Source of the DNA: an uncultured Gemmatimonadales bacterium
GTDB lineage: Bacteria; Gemmatimonadota; Gemmatimonadetes; Gemmatimonadales; Gemmatimonadaceae
Reading direction: 5' to 3'
DNA length: 64,000 bases
NCBI GenBank assembly: GCA_963793305.1
Contig: CAWBZV010000005.1
Location: 608,001-672,000, forward strand
Position numbers and translations under genes: made by a program. Below the pieces are notes generated by a model that saw only the letters and a program-made list of their open reading frames with translations, had not been told where the DNA came from and searched no databases. Position 1 is the first letter of the stretch. Every line of letters begins with the position of its first letter. Shown in pieces: positions 18,277 through 27,743 of this stretch.

Positions 18277-19799
18277 TCGCGAAGACGAGCAGCGGGAAAA
18301 GCTTCGGCGGCCTGATGCACTATCTCGAAGTAGGCCGGTCAGGTCGTGAGCCCGAGCGGGTCGATTGGACCGCGTCACGGAACCTCTTCGGCACGGACGA
18401 CCCGGAACTCGCCGGCCAGGTGATGGAGGCTACGGCCGAGCAGAGTCTCCGCATCCAGAAGCCCGTCTATCACTTGTCGCTCTCGTTCGATCTGACGGAC
18501 AGAGTCGACCGGTCGCGTATGGAGCTCGTGGCGGACCGGTTGCTCGACCGCCTGGGGTTGCAGGACCACCAGGCCATGTTCGTCGCGCACCGCGACCGCG
18601 AACACGCGCACGTCCACATCGTCGTCAACCGCGTCCACCCCGAGACCGGCGTGGCCTGGGAGCAATGGCAGGATCACCCGAGGATCGAGCGGACGCTGCG
18701 AGAGACGGAGCGCGAGATGGGACTCCGTGAAGTGCCGGGCCGCCTCTACCGCGCGCCCGGCCACGAGCTCCCCGAGCGCGCCCTCGACACCAGTGGAGAG
18801 CGTCACGCCGCTGAGAGGACACACGAAATGTCATTCGCTGACACTGTACGCCAACATTTGCCGGAATGGCGCCAGGCACAGTCATGGGAAGATCTTGCCG
18901 AGCGACTGGCGAACTATGGGTTCAGGATTGAACCAAGGGGCCAGGGGATCGTGATCACGGACGGCGAGCAACAGGTGAAAGCCTCGCGCGTGGCCCGTGA
19001 TCTGTCGGTCAACCGCCTGGAGCGGAAATTCGACGCGCCGTACCCCGGCAGGGCCCTCAGTGAGCCGGGGCGCGAGATCGATCCCGCGATTCGAGGCCTG
19101 GTGCGCGATATCCGCGCGTACGACGAGGCTACACGGCATGCGAAGGCCTTGGGTGAAGCCGAGACCCGGTCGCGCGAGGCTGCCGAGCATGCGCACGCCA
19201 TAGAGCGCGCATCTCGTGACTGGCGCAATCGCGCCGACAACGTCACTCGGGCCCTCGGCCGCGTGTACCAGTCGCCGGAGGACGCCCGGGTCCGACTCGC
19301 CGAACTGGAGCGTGCGCTCGGCAAGGAAGTGGTCACGCGAGAGCTTCACGACCGCCCGGAGCAATTCGGCCGGCTTCGGACTGTCGAGCGCCCAGGCGTG
19401 CTTGGACTTGTGCGGCGCGACGACGCACCAGCTCGCGCCGAAGCGCGGAATCTCGGGGTTGCGATCGACGATTACCGCAAATCGGAGCAATCCCTCCGAT
19501 CGCATCTGCGCCCAGGCAGCGAACTGACGAGAGACTTGGTCGATACCGTGGAACGCGCGGCCGGCATCGCGCATGACCGTGCGCAGAGCGTTGTCCGCGA
19601 GCTGCGCGACGCCGGCCAAAACTTGCCGGACCGGCGCGTCATGCAGCGGACAATCGGAGAGCTCGCGTCAACGCTCTCGGCGCCGGAATCGCGACTCCTG
19701 CGGACGTTCGTCACTGATGCCCAGGCGCGACTGGTGACGAAGTTCGTGGGCTTCGCCCGCGAGATCGCACTCGGGCGCGATCGTGGCCTTGGGGTCTGA
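18273..19799 (+). CDS. MOBP-family relaxase/mobilization nuclease
   Basis: Motif I GKSF.GLMHYL, motif II YHLSLSF, motif III HRDREHAHVHIVVNRV. Confidence 0.92.
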   Translation: MIAKTSSGKSFGGLMHYLEVGRSGREPERVDWTASRNLFGTDDPELAGQVMEATAEQSLRIQKPVYHLSLSFDLTDRVDRSRMELVADRLLDRLGLQDHQAMFVAHRDREHAHVHIVVNRVHPETGVAWEQWQDHPRIERTLRETEREMGLREVPGRLYRAPGHELPERALDTSGERHAAERTHEMSFADTVRQHLPEWRQAQSWEDLAERLANYGFRIEPRGQGIVITDGEQQVKASRVARDLSVNRLERKFDAPYPGRALSEPGREIDPAIRGLVRDIRAYDEATRHAKALGEAETRSREAAEHAHAIERASRDWRNRADNVTRALGRVYQSPEDARVRLAELERALGKEVVTRELHDRPEQFGRLRTVERPGVLGLVRRDDAPARAEARNLGVAIDDYRKSEQSLRSHLRPGSELTRDLVDTVERAAGIAHDRAQSVVRELRDAGQNLPDRRVMQRTIGELASTLSAPESRLLRTFVTDAQARLVTKFVGFAREIALGRDRGLGV

Positions 19800-19804
19800 G
19801 ACCA

Positions 19805-20212
19805 ATGGATAGCCGCTCGCCGGCGGCCGCACCCCTGGATGCATTGCGGACGAAGTGGCGAGCCCGGCGCGACGAGTTCGCCAGGTTCCAGGCGGCCGTC
19901 AATGGCGCGACGCTCTGTGACGAACTGCTGGCCGACCTCAATGGCGCGCTGCTGGCGCACGACGACGAAGTGCTCACGTTGCGCGATGCGGCCGCGGTAT
20001 CGGGGTACACGGTCGATCATCTCGCACGGCTGATCCGACAAGGCAAGCTACCGAACGCCGGACGGAAGCGCGCACCGCGTGTGCACCGTCGTGACGTACC
20101 ACTCAAAGCGAACACCTCGCGCGGACACGACACAGATAGCTATAATGCCCGATCCGACGCCCGGTCCCTCGTGCGGCGCCTCCGTTTCGGAGGCGTAGAT
20201 GACACAGACTAA
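19805..20212 (+). CDS. Excisionase-like HTH protein
   Basis: LTLRDAAAVSGYTVDHLARLIRQGKLP; immediately upstream of the integrase. Confidence 0.7.
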   Translation: MDSRSPAAAPLDALRTKWRARRDEFARFQAAVNGATLCDELLADLNGALLAHDDEVLTLRDAAAVSGYTVDHLARLIRQGKLPNAGRKRAPRVHRRDVPLKANTSRGHDTDSYNARSDARSLVRRLRFGGVDDTD

Positions 20213-21497
20213 CGGCTGGCGGAAGGTAGGGGACCGGTGGACGCGATCGCTCGGAGTGCGTGGGCTTCGCGTCCGGCTGTTTCAAAAGCGAAAGCATGGA
20301 GTGTTCTATCGGACACTGTGGGTACCCGGTGAAGGCAAGGACCGGAAGTGTCTCGATACGAGTGATCGTCGAGAAGCAGAGCGACTCGGTCGAACATTGC
20401 TCACCGAACTTCGCTCCGCTCGGGTGGCTCGTGCGCCCCAGATTCGATCAGAAGCGCCGTCGTCACTTACGCTAGGCGAGCTGTGGCGGCGATATCGCAC
20501 GACATGTCCCGCGTTTCTCGACAACGCGGCGACGAGCCAAAGTGACTCGCGGAGCCGGATACGAGTGCTCCTGGCGCACTTTGGCCGCCGGTGCCCGGTC
20601 GGGAGCTTGACGGCTGACGACCAAGCCTCGTACGTAATCGCTCGTCGCGCTGGAGGAATCCGCATCCGGGAAGGTGAGTTGACCGGACCAGTGCGTACAC
20701 GTTCGGCCGAGGCAGACCTGGTGCTCCTGCACCAGATGCTCCGTTGGGCTACAACGGCACGAGTTGATGGCGTGCCGCTGCTCCGAAGTAATCCACTAGC
20801 CGGCGTACGGCGGGTTCGCGAGCAGGACCCGAAGCGACCGATTGCGACGTGGGACCGATATCTGGCCACACGCGCCGCGGTGCGCGAGTTGGCGGCGCAA
20901 GCGGAGTCAGAGGCTGATCGAGTGCGCTGGGTCAAGATCGAGCTCGCACTCGTTCTCGCCGAAGCCACGGGACGACGACTCGGCTCGATTCGGCAGCTGC
21001 GGTGGGAAGACATCGACTGGGCGGCCTGCACCATTCGTTGGCGGGCAGAGGCCGACAAGAAACGGCGCGAGGCGATCGTGCCTGTCCCGCTTCGGTTACT
21101 CGACGAGCTCAGACAGTTTCAGAAAGAGTTGCGCGCGGTTGGCGGCCTGGTCTTCGGCGCCGAACACGACGCGACGAACGCGATGGATCGCCACCTGTTC
21201 GACAAGTGGCTCGCGCATGCTGAGAAGAGAGCTGGACTCAAGAAGCTGGACGGTGGACTGTGGCACCCTTACCGGCGAAAGTGGGCAACCGAGCGAAAGC
21301 ACCTCTCGGTTACGGACGTTGCCGAAGCCGGCGGGTGGAAAGACACCGTGACCTTACTGACGTGCTACGCGCGGCCAGATAACGAAACGCTCCTCGCCGT
21401 GATGAGCGAGGAGCGGAAACTCAGAGACTGCGCGGTTCGGTGCGAGAAACGGGCCCCCAACGGGCCCCCGTTAATCTTGCAGTTCGTAAGTTGTTAA
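20199..21497 (+). CDS. Tyrosine recombinase/integrase
   Basis: ATGRRLGSI..LRW.DID (catalytic R), WHPYRRKWAT (HxxR), GGW...LLTCY (W, Y); adjacent to the tRNA att site. Confidence 0.92.
   Translation: MTQTNGWRKVGDRWTRSLGVRGLRVRLFQKRKHGVFYRTLWVPGEGKDRKCLDTSDRREAERLGRTLLTELRSARVARAPQIRSEAPSSLTLGELWRRYRTTCPAFLDNAATSQSDSRSRIRVLLAHFGRRCPVGSLTADDQASYVIARRAGGIRIREGELTGPVRTRSAEADLVLLHQMLRWATTARVDGVPLLRSNPLAGVRRVREQDPKRPIATWDRYLATRAAVRELAAQAESEADRVRWVKIELALVLAEATGRRLGSIRQLRWEDIDWAACTIRWRAEADKKRREAIVPVPLRLLDELRQFQKELRAVGGLVFGAEHDATNAMDRHLFDKWLAHAEKRAGLKKLDGGLWHPYRRKWATERKHLSVTDVAEAGGWKDTVTLLTCYARPDNETLLAVMSEERKLRDCAVRCEKRAPNGPPLILQFVSC
21448..21469 (+). repeat. Tandem AACGGGCCCCC repeats; probable integrase arm-type sites
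   Basis: Perfect pairs at 21448-21469 and 10213-10235, and a degenerate pair at 13669-13689, each near an att core. Confidence 0.6.
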
Positions 21498-21504
21498 GAA
21501 TCAA

Positions 21505-21578
21505 TCGGGACGGCGGGATTTGAACCCGCGACCCCCTGAACCCCATTCAGGTGCGCTACCGGGCTGCGCTACGTCCCG
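21505..21578 (-). tRNA. tRNA-Pro(GGG)
   Basis: Reverse complement CGGGACGTAGCGCAGCCCGGTAGCGCACCTGAATGGGGTTCAGGGGGTCGCGGGTTCAAATCCCGCCGTCCCGA folds as a cloverleaf. Anticodon stem CCTGA/TCAGG with GGG anticodon; GTTCAA T-loop; CCA not encoded. Confidence 0.97.
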
Positions 21579-21640
21579 TACTTAACGTCGGGAAGGTAAC
21601 TTGTTGCCGTATGGTCCTCCAGCATCGACTCGGTGGCTAT

Positions 21641-22378
21641 ATGGAGTACTCGGCCCCTGCCGCGTTGGCGCCGTATTGCGAGGCTGTATGGACGTGCAAG
21701 ACGCCCAGCGAGCATCAGCAAGCGGTGCACCGGGTGTGCCCGATCTGGCGGTGAATATCCAGCTCGCGTATCTCAGGGACGCCGCCAGGCACGTGTGTGA
21801 GCCAACGCTCGGCGTCGGCGGACCGATCGCGACGCCGGTTGTTGCAGGATTCGAGCCGAGGCGCGAGATCGTTGCGTTGAAGGTGAAGCTCGAATGGAGC
21901 GATGGGGTGTTGGATCAGCTGCCGCGACTGGCACGGGCGGTCCTCGACGGGCTCTCGCATACACTGTCGATCGAGGAGGCGACCGATCTGCTGATCGCGA
22001 ACATCGCACCCAGGCCTCGCGCGGTCCCCCTGGCGGCGCGGGCGCTCGATATCGTACGATGGACGAGAGGGCAGTGCGCGGTCGAGCAGGTTGCCGACCG
22101 GCTCAATGTCTCGCCGCGACACCTGAGGCGTGAAGTCGAGCGCCAAGCCGGCGTCACCCCCAAGATGTATACGCGCACGGTAAGGCTGCTGCGGGCCGTG
22201 ACGATCGCGGATGCCTATCCGGCGGCGCAGCCCATGCCATGGGCGAAGGTGGCCGCGGATAGCGGGTTCTACGATCAGTCACATTCTCATTCGCGAGTGC
22301 CACGCGCTCTGTGGCCTCACGCCCGGTGAGATTCTCATGGGGCGGCGGACAGAGATGGTGGGTCAAAGCGAGCCATGA
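21641..22378 (+). CDS. AraC-family regulator; frameshifts near 21740 and 22287
   Basis: EYSAPAALAPYCEAVW N-terminus; VEQVADRLNVSPRHLRR...GVTPK...VAADSGFYDQSH.IRE. Confidence 0.75.
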
Positions 22379-22408
22379 AACCTCCCAAATCGGCTGCCTC
22401 GAACGATC

Positions 22409-22993
22409 CTACTTTCCGACGAATCCGTCCTTGGCCAACTGATCGGACGTCATGGTGATGACGTCGACATGCAAGCGGATTGGCTTGAACGGGTTGTTCG
22501 TCGTGTCTTTCGGCACCGACACGATGGCCTCGACGACGTCCATGCCTTTGAACACCTGCCCAAATACCGTGTAGTGGTTGTCCAGCCGCGCGAGCCCCTG
22601 CTTGTTGGCGACGATATAGAACTGGCAGCCCGGATCCAACGACTGCTTGTTCCCATCGGTCCCGGCTCCAACCGCACCGTACACATGCTTCAAGTCGTCG
22701 CGGAACTCCGGCGCCAACAAGTTGGGGAACGAGCCGAACCCCTGCGGCGTATCGGGACACCCACCCTGCGCCACAAAATCTTTGATGACACGGTTGAACG
22801 TCAGCGTGTCCCAGTAGTGGCTCCCCGCGAACTTGATGAAGCTCGCTTTGTGCACCGGCGTCTCATCGTGGAGCACGAACAGGATCTCGCCGAGATCGGT
22901 TTTGATCCGACCGACTTGATACGTCTTGACTGACCGCCCGGTGCTGGCCACGAGCGGAAGAGCGAGCAGCAGGATGAGCGCGAATCGTCGCAT
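22409..22993 (-). CDS. Cyclophilin-type peptidyl-prolyl isomerase, secreted
   Basis: TDLGEI...TP.HK..F...FNRVIKDFVAQGG...QFYIV...LDNHYTVFGQV..GMDVV; signal peptide from ATG 22993. Confidence 0.9.
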   Translation of the reverse strand: MRRFALILLLALPLVASTGRSVKTYQVGRIKTDLGEILFVLHDETPVHKASFIKFAGSHYWDTLTFNRVIKDFVAQGGCPDTPQGFGSFPNLLAPEFRDDLKHVYGAVGAGTDGNKQSLDPGCQFYIVANKQGLARLDNHYTVFGQVFKGMDVVEAIVSVPKDTTNNPFKPIRLHVDVITMTSDQLAKDGFVGK

Positions 22994-23012
22994 GGCGCCC
23001 AAGATACGGGCG

Positions 23013-23683
23013 CTATCGCCTGTGCACCAACCGCGCGTCCGGATCCGCACCCTGCCACCCGGCGCGGGCGAGCTCCGGTGTCGGGGACTCGGCCTCCGGA
23101 TATCCGATGCAGAGGTAAGCCACGAGATCCCACGACGGCGGGACGTTCGAGCGAATCGCGGACGCCGATCGGATCGAGGATCGAGACCCAGCCCACGCCA
23201 ATCCCCCAAGCCCGAGCCACGAGCCATAGCGTGTGGACGGCCGTGACCACGGAGTACTGAAGCATCGCCGGCATCGTGCGCTGGCCGAGTCCGTGGCCGG
23301 CCTCCGTGCCGGTGTCGGCGAACACCGCCAGATGTACCGGTGCGTCGTCGAGCCCAGCCAGCTTGAGCTCGGCGTACCTCCGCGCGCGCTCACCAGCGTA
23401 CTCGGCCAGCGCCTCCCGGTTGCACGCCAGAAAGTTCGCCCGCACGGCAGACCGAACTTGCGGCGACTCGACCAACACGAAACGCCATGGCTGGCTGTAC
23501 CCCACCGACGGAGCAAGACAGGCGCGCTCGACGAGCCGCTCGATCACGCCCGGCTCGAGCGGAGCGGTGGCGAACCGTCGGAACGTCCCGCCGCCAGAGG
23601 AGGAGAGCGTCGAGCCCCTCGCGGAATACGTGGTCGAACCGCGGGGTATCAGTCTGAGTCTCGGGGACTGTCACCGACTCCAT
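23013..23683 (-). CDS. bluB: 5,6-dimethylbenzimidazole synthase; two frameshifts (~23585 and ~23155)
   Basis: LLWRRDV..F, APSVGYSQPWRFV, LKLAGL..AP, YSVVTAVHTLWL.ARA.GIGVGWVSILDP, VAYLCIGYP. Confidence 0.88.
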
Positions 23684-23725
23684 ACCCCGAGCGATAGCTG
23701 GCGTACTCGCTATGTTCAAGGAGCC

Positions 23726-25000
23726 ATGCGTACACTCCTCTGGTTGTGCGTCCTGGCTGGCTGCGCAGGCGGCCACGAGGCCGGTGTCGTCACGCCGCCC
23801 CTGGGCTCGACGACGATCACGGTGCCCGCCAGCATGCGGAGTGTGCCCTTCGACGTCCCGCGCTCCCTCAAGATCCCAACCGGCTACCACATCGCGGTCT
23901 ACGCGCGTATCCCGAACGCCCGGTTCGCTGTCGTCACGCCGGACGGCAACCTCCTGGTCTCAGTCCCCAACTCGGGGTCCGTCCAACTCGTCCGGCCGAA
24001 CGCCAGCGGCGATCCACTCGTCTCGACCTACGTCTCCGGGATCGACAACCCGCAAGGACTCGCGATTCACACCATCGGCGGCGTGACGTATTTGTATGTC
24101 GCCGAGGAGACCCAGGTCGATCGGTACGTCTGGACTGCTGGCCAACTCACGCCGGGGGCTCGCCAGGTTATCGTCTCCGGACTCCTGGCCGGCGGCTCGC
24201 ATCCGTACAAAAACCTCGCGCTCGATGCGAACGATGAGCTCTACGTCGCGCTCGGCTCGAGCTGCAACATCTGCACGGGTGATCTCACGAGCACACCCGA
24301 GCGGGCCGCCATCTATCAGTACAATGCCGACGGCACTGGTGGACACCTGTTCGCCAACGGACTCCGCAATCCCGAAGGGCTCGCGATCCTGCCGAGTAAC
24401 AACACACTGTGGGCGGCGGTGAACGAACGGGACGACATCCCGTATCCGTATCACGACGCGAGCGGCAACTCGTATGGCGGCGTCTACAAGGCGTACGTCG
24501 ACAACCACCCACCCGATGAGCTCACGTCAGTGCGCGACGGCGGGAATTACGGGTGGCCGTACTGCAACCCCACGCAAGACTCGTCGGCCGGGTACGACAA
24601 CATGCCGTTCGATCCATCGGTCGACCAAGGCATCAACGATGCGAACCAAGTCAGCTGCGCCACCATGGATCGCGTCGTAAAAGGCATCCAAGCCCACTCT
24701 GCTCCACTCGGGCTCACGTTCACGATCGGCACCAATGCTCCCACAGCGTTTCGGAGCGGAGCGGTACTGGGGCTGCATGGATCATGGGACCGGACCACCA
24801 ATACGGGGTACAAGGTCATCTATGTGCCGTTCTTGGGATCGCTCCCCACAACCGGCACGACGCCAACTGACTTAGTGACTGGTTGGGCCGATGCTCATAG
24901 TTACTGGGGCCGTCCCGTTGACGTTGTGGTCGACGCTTCGGGTCGTTTCTTCATTACGGACGATCAAGCGGGCGCGATCTACTTGCTGATCGCGCCATGA
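23726..25000 (+). CDS. PQQ-dependent sugar/sorbosone dehydrogenase-like lipoprotein
   Basis: LAGC lipobox; GSSCNIC; GLRNPEG; VNERD; GNYGWPYC; AHSAPLGL; HGSWDR; GRPVDV. Confidence 0.85.
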   Translation: MRTLLWLCVLAGCAGGHEAGVVTPPLGSTTITVPASMRSVPFDVPRSLKIPTGYHIAVYARIPNARFAVVTPDGNLLVSVPNSGSVQLVRPNASGDPLVSTYVSGIDNPQGLAIHTIGGVTYLYVAEETQVDRYVWTAGQLTPGARQVIVSGLLAGGSHPYKNLALDANDELYVALGSSCNICTGDLTSTPERAAIYQYNADGTGGHLFANGLRNPEGLAILPSNNTLWAAVNERDDIPYPYHDASGNSYGGVYKAYVDNHPPDELTSVRDGGNYGWPYCNPTQDSSAGYDNMPFDPSVDQGINDANQVSCATMDRVVKGIQAHSAPLGLTFTIGTNAPTAFRSGAVLGLHGSWDRTTNTGYKVIYVPFLGSLPTTGTTPTDLVTGWADAHSYWGRPVDVVVDASGRFFITDDQAGAIYLLIAP

Positions 25001-25903
25001 GCGCGGGGTGACGCCGAACACGCGCTGGAACGCCCGAGTAAACGCCGCGTCGCCCTTGTAGCCGACGGATTTCGCGATCGCGTACAACTTGGCCCCCTTC
25101 TCGCGCAGAAGCCGACCCGCGGTCTCCATCCGCCAACGCGTGAGATACTCGAGCGGCGTCTCGTCGAGCAGCGCCTTAAAGCGCGCCGCGAACGCCGATC
25201 GCGACATGCCCGCGGCGGACGCGAGCGTCGCCAAAGTCCAGGGCTCCCCGATCGCGCGGTGCATCGCCTCGAGACTCTTGCCGATCTGCGGATCGGCCAA
25301 CGCCTGCAGCCACCTCGGCCTCGCGGTGCAGCTACCCGACGCCGCATGAGCCCGCAGCGCTTGAATGAACAGAATGTCGGCGAGCCGCGTGACGATCACC
25401 GGCGACCCGGGCGCGGGCGACGTTAGCTCGGCGCTCAGCATCTGTAGCGTCGTCACGAGCGCGTGACTGCGCGGCTCATCAGCGCGGATCAGGATCACGG
25501 GAGGCAAGAGATCGGTGAACCGGCCGCTCGATTGGTCGAGCGTGAACCAGCCATTCACGATCGTCGTCGGCGCGCCGCCACCGCCCACGCGCATAACGCC
25601 ATCAACACCAGGCGGCGCGACCTCACAGAAGCTCACCGTGCGGGACTCAGGCTGATCGCCGAGCACATACTCCGTGTTCGGCGCGACGAGCACGCAGTCG
25701 CCGCCGACGAGCGGAATCGCCTCGCCGCCGGCGACGCGCAGATAACAGTTCCCGCGCGCGACGTATGCGAAATGCGCGTACGCGTAGACGGCGGCACTGT
25801 CGCCCTCATGGCGCTCGAGCCCCCACGGTGCCGTCGCTTCGATCCGCGCCCCAACGGCGCTCGACACGTGGATCGCCGTGAAGACGTCTGTCATAGGGTC
25901 CAT
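24872..25903 (-). CDS. AraC-family regulator with cupin N-terminal domain (RclR-like)
   Basis: MDP..D......; RLADILFIQALR; WTLATLA..AGMSRSAFA.RF; YLTRWRM; AFTRAF.R.FG.TP. Confidence 0.88.
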   Translation of the reverse strand: MDPMTDVFTAIHVSSAVGARIEATAPWGLERHEGDSAAVYAYAHFAYVARGNCYLRVAGGEAIPLVGGDCVLVAPNTEYVLGDQPESRTVSFCEVAPPGVDGVMRVGGGGAPTTIVNGWFTLDQSSGRFTDLLPPVILIRADEPRSHALVTTLQMLSAELTSPAPGSPVIVTRLADILFIQALRAHAASGSCTARPRWLQALADPQIGKSLEAMHRAIGEPWTLATLASAAGMSRSAFAARFKALLDETPLEYLTRWRMETAGRLLREKGAKLYAIAKSVGYKGDAAFTRAFQRVFGVTPRSWRDQQVDRARLIVRNEETTRSVDHNVNGTAPVTMSIGPTSH

Positions 25904-25990
25904 TTTGCCCCCTCCAATCTGGACGATCAGTCAAGAAATATGGACTGTTGAGCATTACTAGTACAAGTTCATTAGCGTACTATCTACACC

Positions 25991-26371
25991 ATGCCAATTC
26001 TCATACTCATCGGCCGCGTCCTGTTCTCGGCCATCTTCCTCTCGGCGTTCTTCGGCCACTTCAAGGCCGGCACGATCGCCTATGCGAAACAGGTTGGACT
26101 GCCGGCCGCGTCCATTCTCGTGCCGGCCTCGGGCGTCCTCGCGGGGCTCGGTGCGCTCTCCGTGATGCTCGGCTTTCATGCCCGCATCGGTGCCGCGCTC
26201 ATCGCGCTCTTTCTCATTCCCGTCACCATCAAAATGCACGACTTCTGGAATGCGAAGGACCCGATGATGGCTCAGATGCACCAAGCCATGTTCTTCAAGA
26301 ACGTCTCGATGCTCGGCGCGGCGCTTCTGATCATCGCCTTCGGCTCGGGTCCGCTCAGCATCGCCGCCTGA
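25991..26371 (+). CDS. DoxX-family membrane protein
   Basis: LIGRVL...F; T..MHDFW; FFKNVSMLG.AL; G.G.LS. Confidence 0.85.
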   Translation: MPILILIGRVLFSAIFLSAFFGHFKAGTIAYAKQVGLPAASILVPASGVLAGLGALSVMLGFHARIGAALIALFLIPVTIKMHDFWNAKDPMMAQMHQAMFFKNVSMLGAALLIIAFGSGPLSIAA

Positions 26372-26495
26372 CGAGCTCAGCCGAATGTAGATGAGTTGAT
26401 ACAGTCGATTGGTGTAATCTTGGTTGCTGCAACCAATAAGTTGCGAGACCGATTAGTCGACTGTGCACGAGACCTACCATTGGAATTGCTCCGTC

Positions 26496-27743
26496 ATGCG
26501 CGTGTTGATGTTCGGGTGGGAGTTTCCCCCGTATCGCGCGGGCGGATTGGCAACCGCCACGCTAGGACTCGTCAAAGGGCTCGTGCAACGTGGCGTCGGC
26601 GTCACGCTCGTGGTGCCATTCCCGGTCACCGCGCGGAGCGCCGAAGGCGCGCGACTGTTGAGCGCGACGGAGATCGCCGAACGATTCTCGATCGTCCGCA
26701 TCGACTCGCCATTGGTCGCCTACACCGGCGCCGCCGACTATCTGTTTGAGCTGCGGCCGGCCGAGGGCGCCGCGCCAATGCAAGCGCCGACGGCGGTATA
26801 CGGACGCGACCTCATGACCGAAGTCGATCGCTTCGCCGCGGTGGCCGCCCACGTCGCCGCGGTCGAGCCGCACGACGTGATCGACACGCACGACTGGATC
26901 ACGTTCGCGGCCGGCCTGCGCGCGCGCGGGGCGTCCGCGAAACCACTCGTCGCCCACATCCACGCGACCGAGTACGATCGCGCCGGAGATGGCGCCAACC
27001 CCGCGATCCTCGCGCGCGAATGGGAAGGGCTCCATGGCGCGGACCGGATCATCGCCAACAGCCATCGGCTCGCCCGGCGCGTGACGGACCAGTTCCACGT
27101 CTCGCATGACCGGGTCGACGTGATCCACTGGGGCGTCGACGGCATTCGCGTCGCGGTCGACGAGGCGCGCGCGAGCGACCGGCTCCTCGGCAACGCCCAC
27201 CCGGTGCTGCTCTTCATCGGCCGCGTCACCTGGCAGAAAGGCCCCAGGTACTTCGTCGACGTCGCCCGGCGCGTGGCCGACTATTTTCCGAACGCACGGT
27301 TCGTGGTCGTCGGGGAAGGGGACGCGCTGCCTGACATGGTCCGATACGCGGCCAATGTCGGGATCGGCGAGCAGATCCTGTTCGCCGGTGGCGTCGAAGG
27401 ACCAGAGGTCGACCGGGCGTATCGCATGGCGGACGTTTGCGTGATGCCGTCGGTGAGCGAGCCGTTCGGGCTGGTCGCGTTGGAGAGTTTACGGAACGGT
27501 ACGCCCTGTATCGTGCCGCGGGAGTCGGGCGTCGCTGAAGTGCTGGAGAACGTGTTCAAGATCGACTTCTGGGACATCGACGAAATGACGAACACGATCG
27601 TCGCGCTGGCGCGATATCCAGCGCTGAAGGATACGATTCGCGAGCAGGGACTCGCCGAGCTCGACTCGCCGCGCCTCGGCCTCGACGAGCCCGCGCGCCG
27701 CACCGAGGCCGTCTATCGCCGGGTGGTGAACACTCATGGCTGA
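26496..27743 (+). CDS. GT4 glycosyltransferase (glycogen-synthase-like)
   Basis: MRVLMFGWEFPP...GGL; HDW.T; HIHATEYDR; MPSVSEPFGLVALE. Confidence 0.9.
   Translation: MRVLMFGWEFPPYRAGGLATATLGLVKGLVQRGVGVTLVVPFPVTARSAEGARLLSATEIAERFSIVRIDSPLVAYTGAADYLFELRPAEGAAPMQAPTAVYGRDLMTEVDRFAAVAAHVAAVEPHDVIDTHDWITFAAGLRARGASAKPLVAHIHATEYDRAGDGANPAILAREWEGLHGADRIIANSHRLARRVTDQFHVSHDRVDVIHWGVDGIRVAVDEARASDRLLGNAHPVLLFIGRVTWQKGPRYFVDVARRVADYFPNARFVVVGEGDALPDMVRYAANVGIGEQILFAGGVEGPEVDRAYRMADVCVMPSVSEPFGLVALESLRNGTPCIVPRESGVAEVLENVFKIDFWDIDEMTNTIVALARYPALKDTIREQGLAELDSPRLGLDEPARRTEAVYRRVVNTHG

Larger units (their letters stand above)
13567..21500. mobile_element. Element A: ~8-kb integrative mobilizable element (IME) in tRNA-Pro
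   Basis: att-flanked; intact integrase, excisionase-like HTH, MOBP relaxase and MobC; no T4SS or phage genes. Confidence 0.9.

Noticed and set aside
13567..21500. Prophage or self-transmissible ICE
   Set aside because: No capsid, terminase or tail genes and no VirB4/T4SS genes; only a relaxase module.
23683..23726. Cobalamin riboswitch upstream of bluB
   Set aside because: Only ~40 nt separate the divergent genes, and no B12-box is visible.
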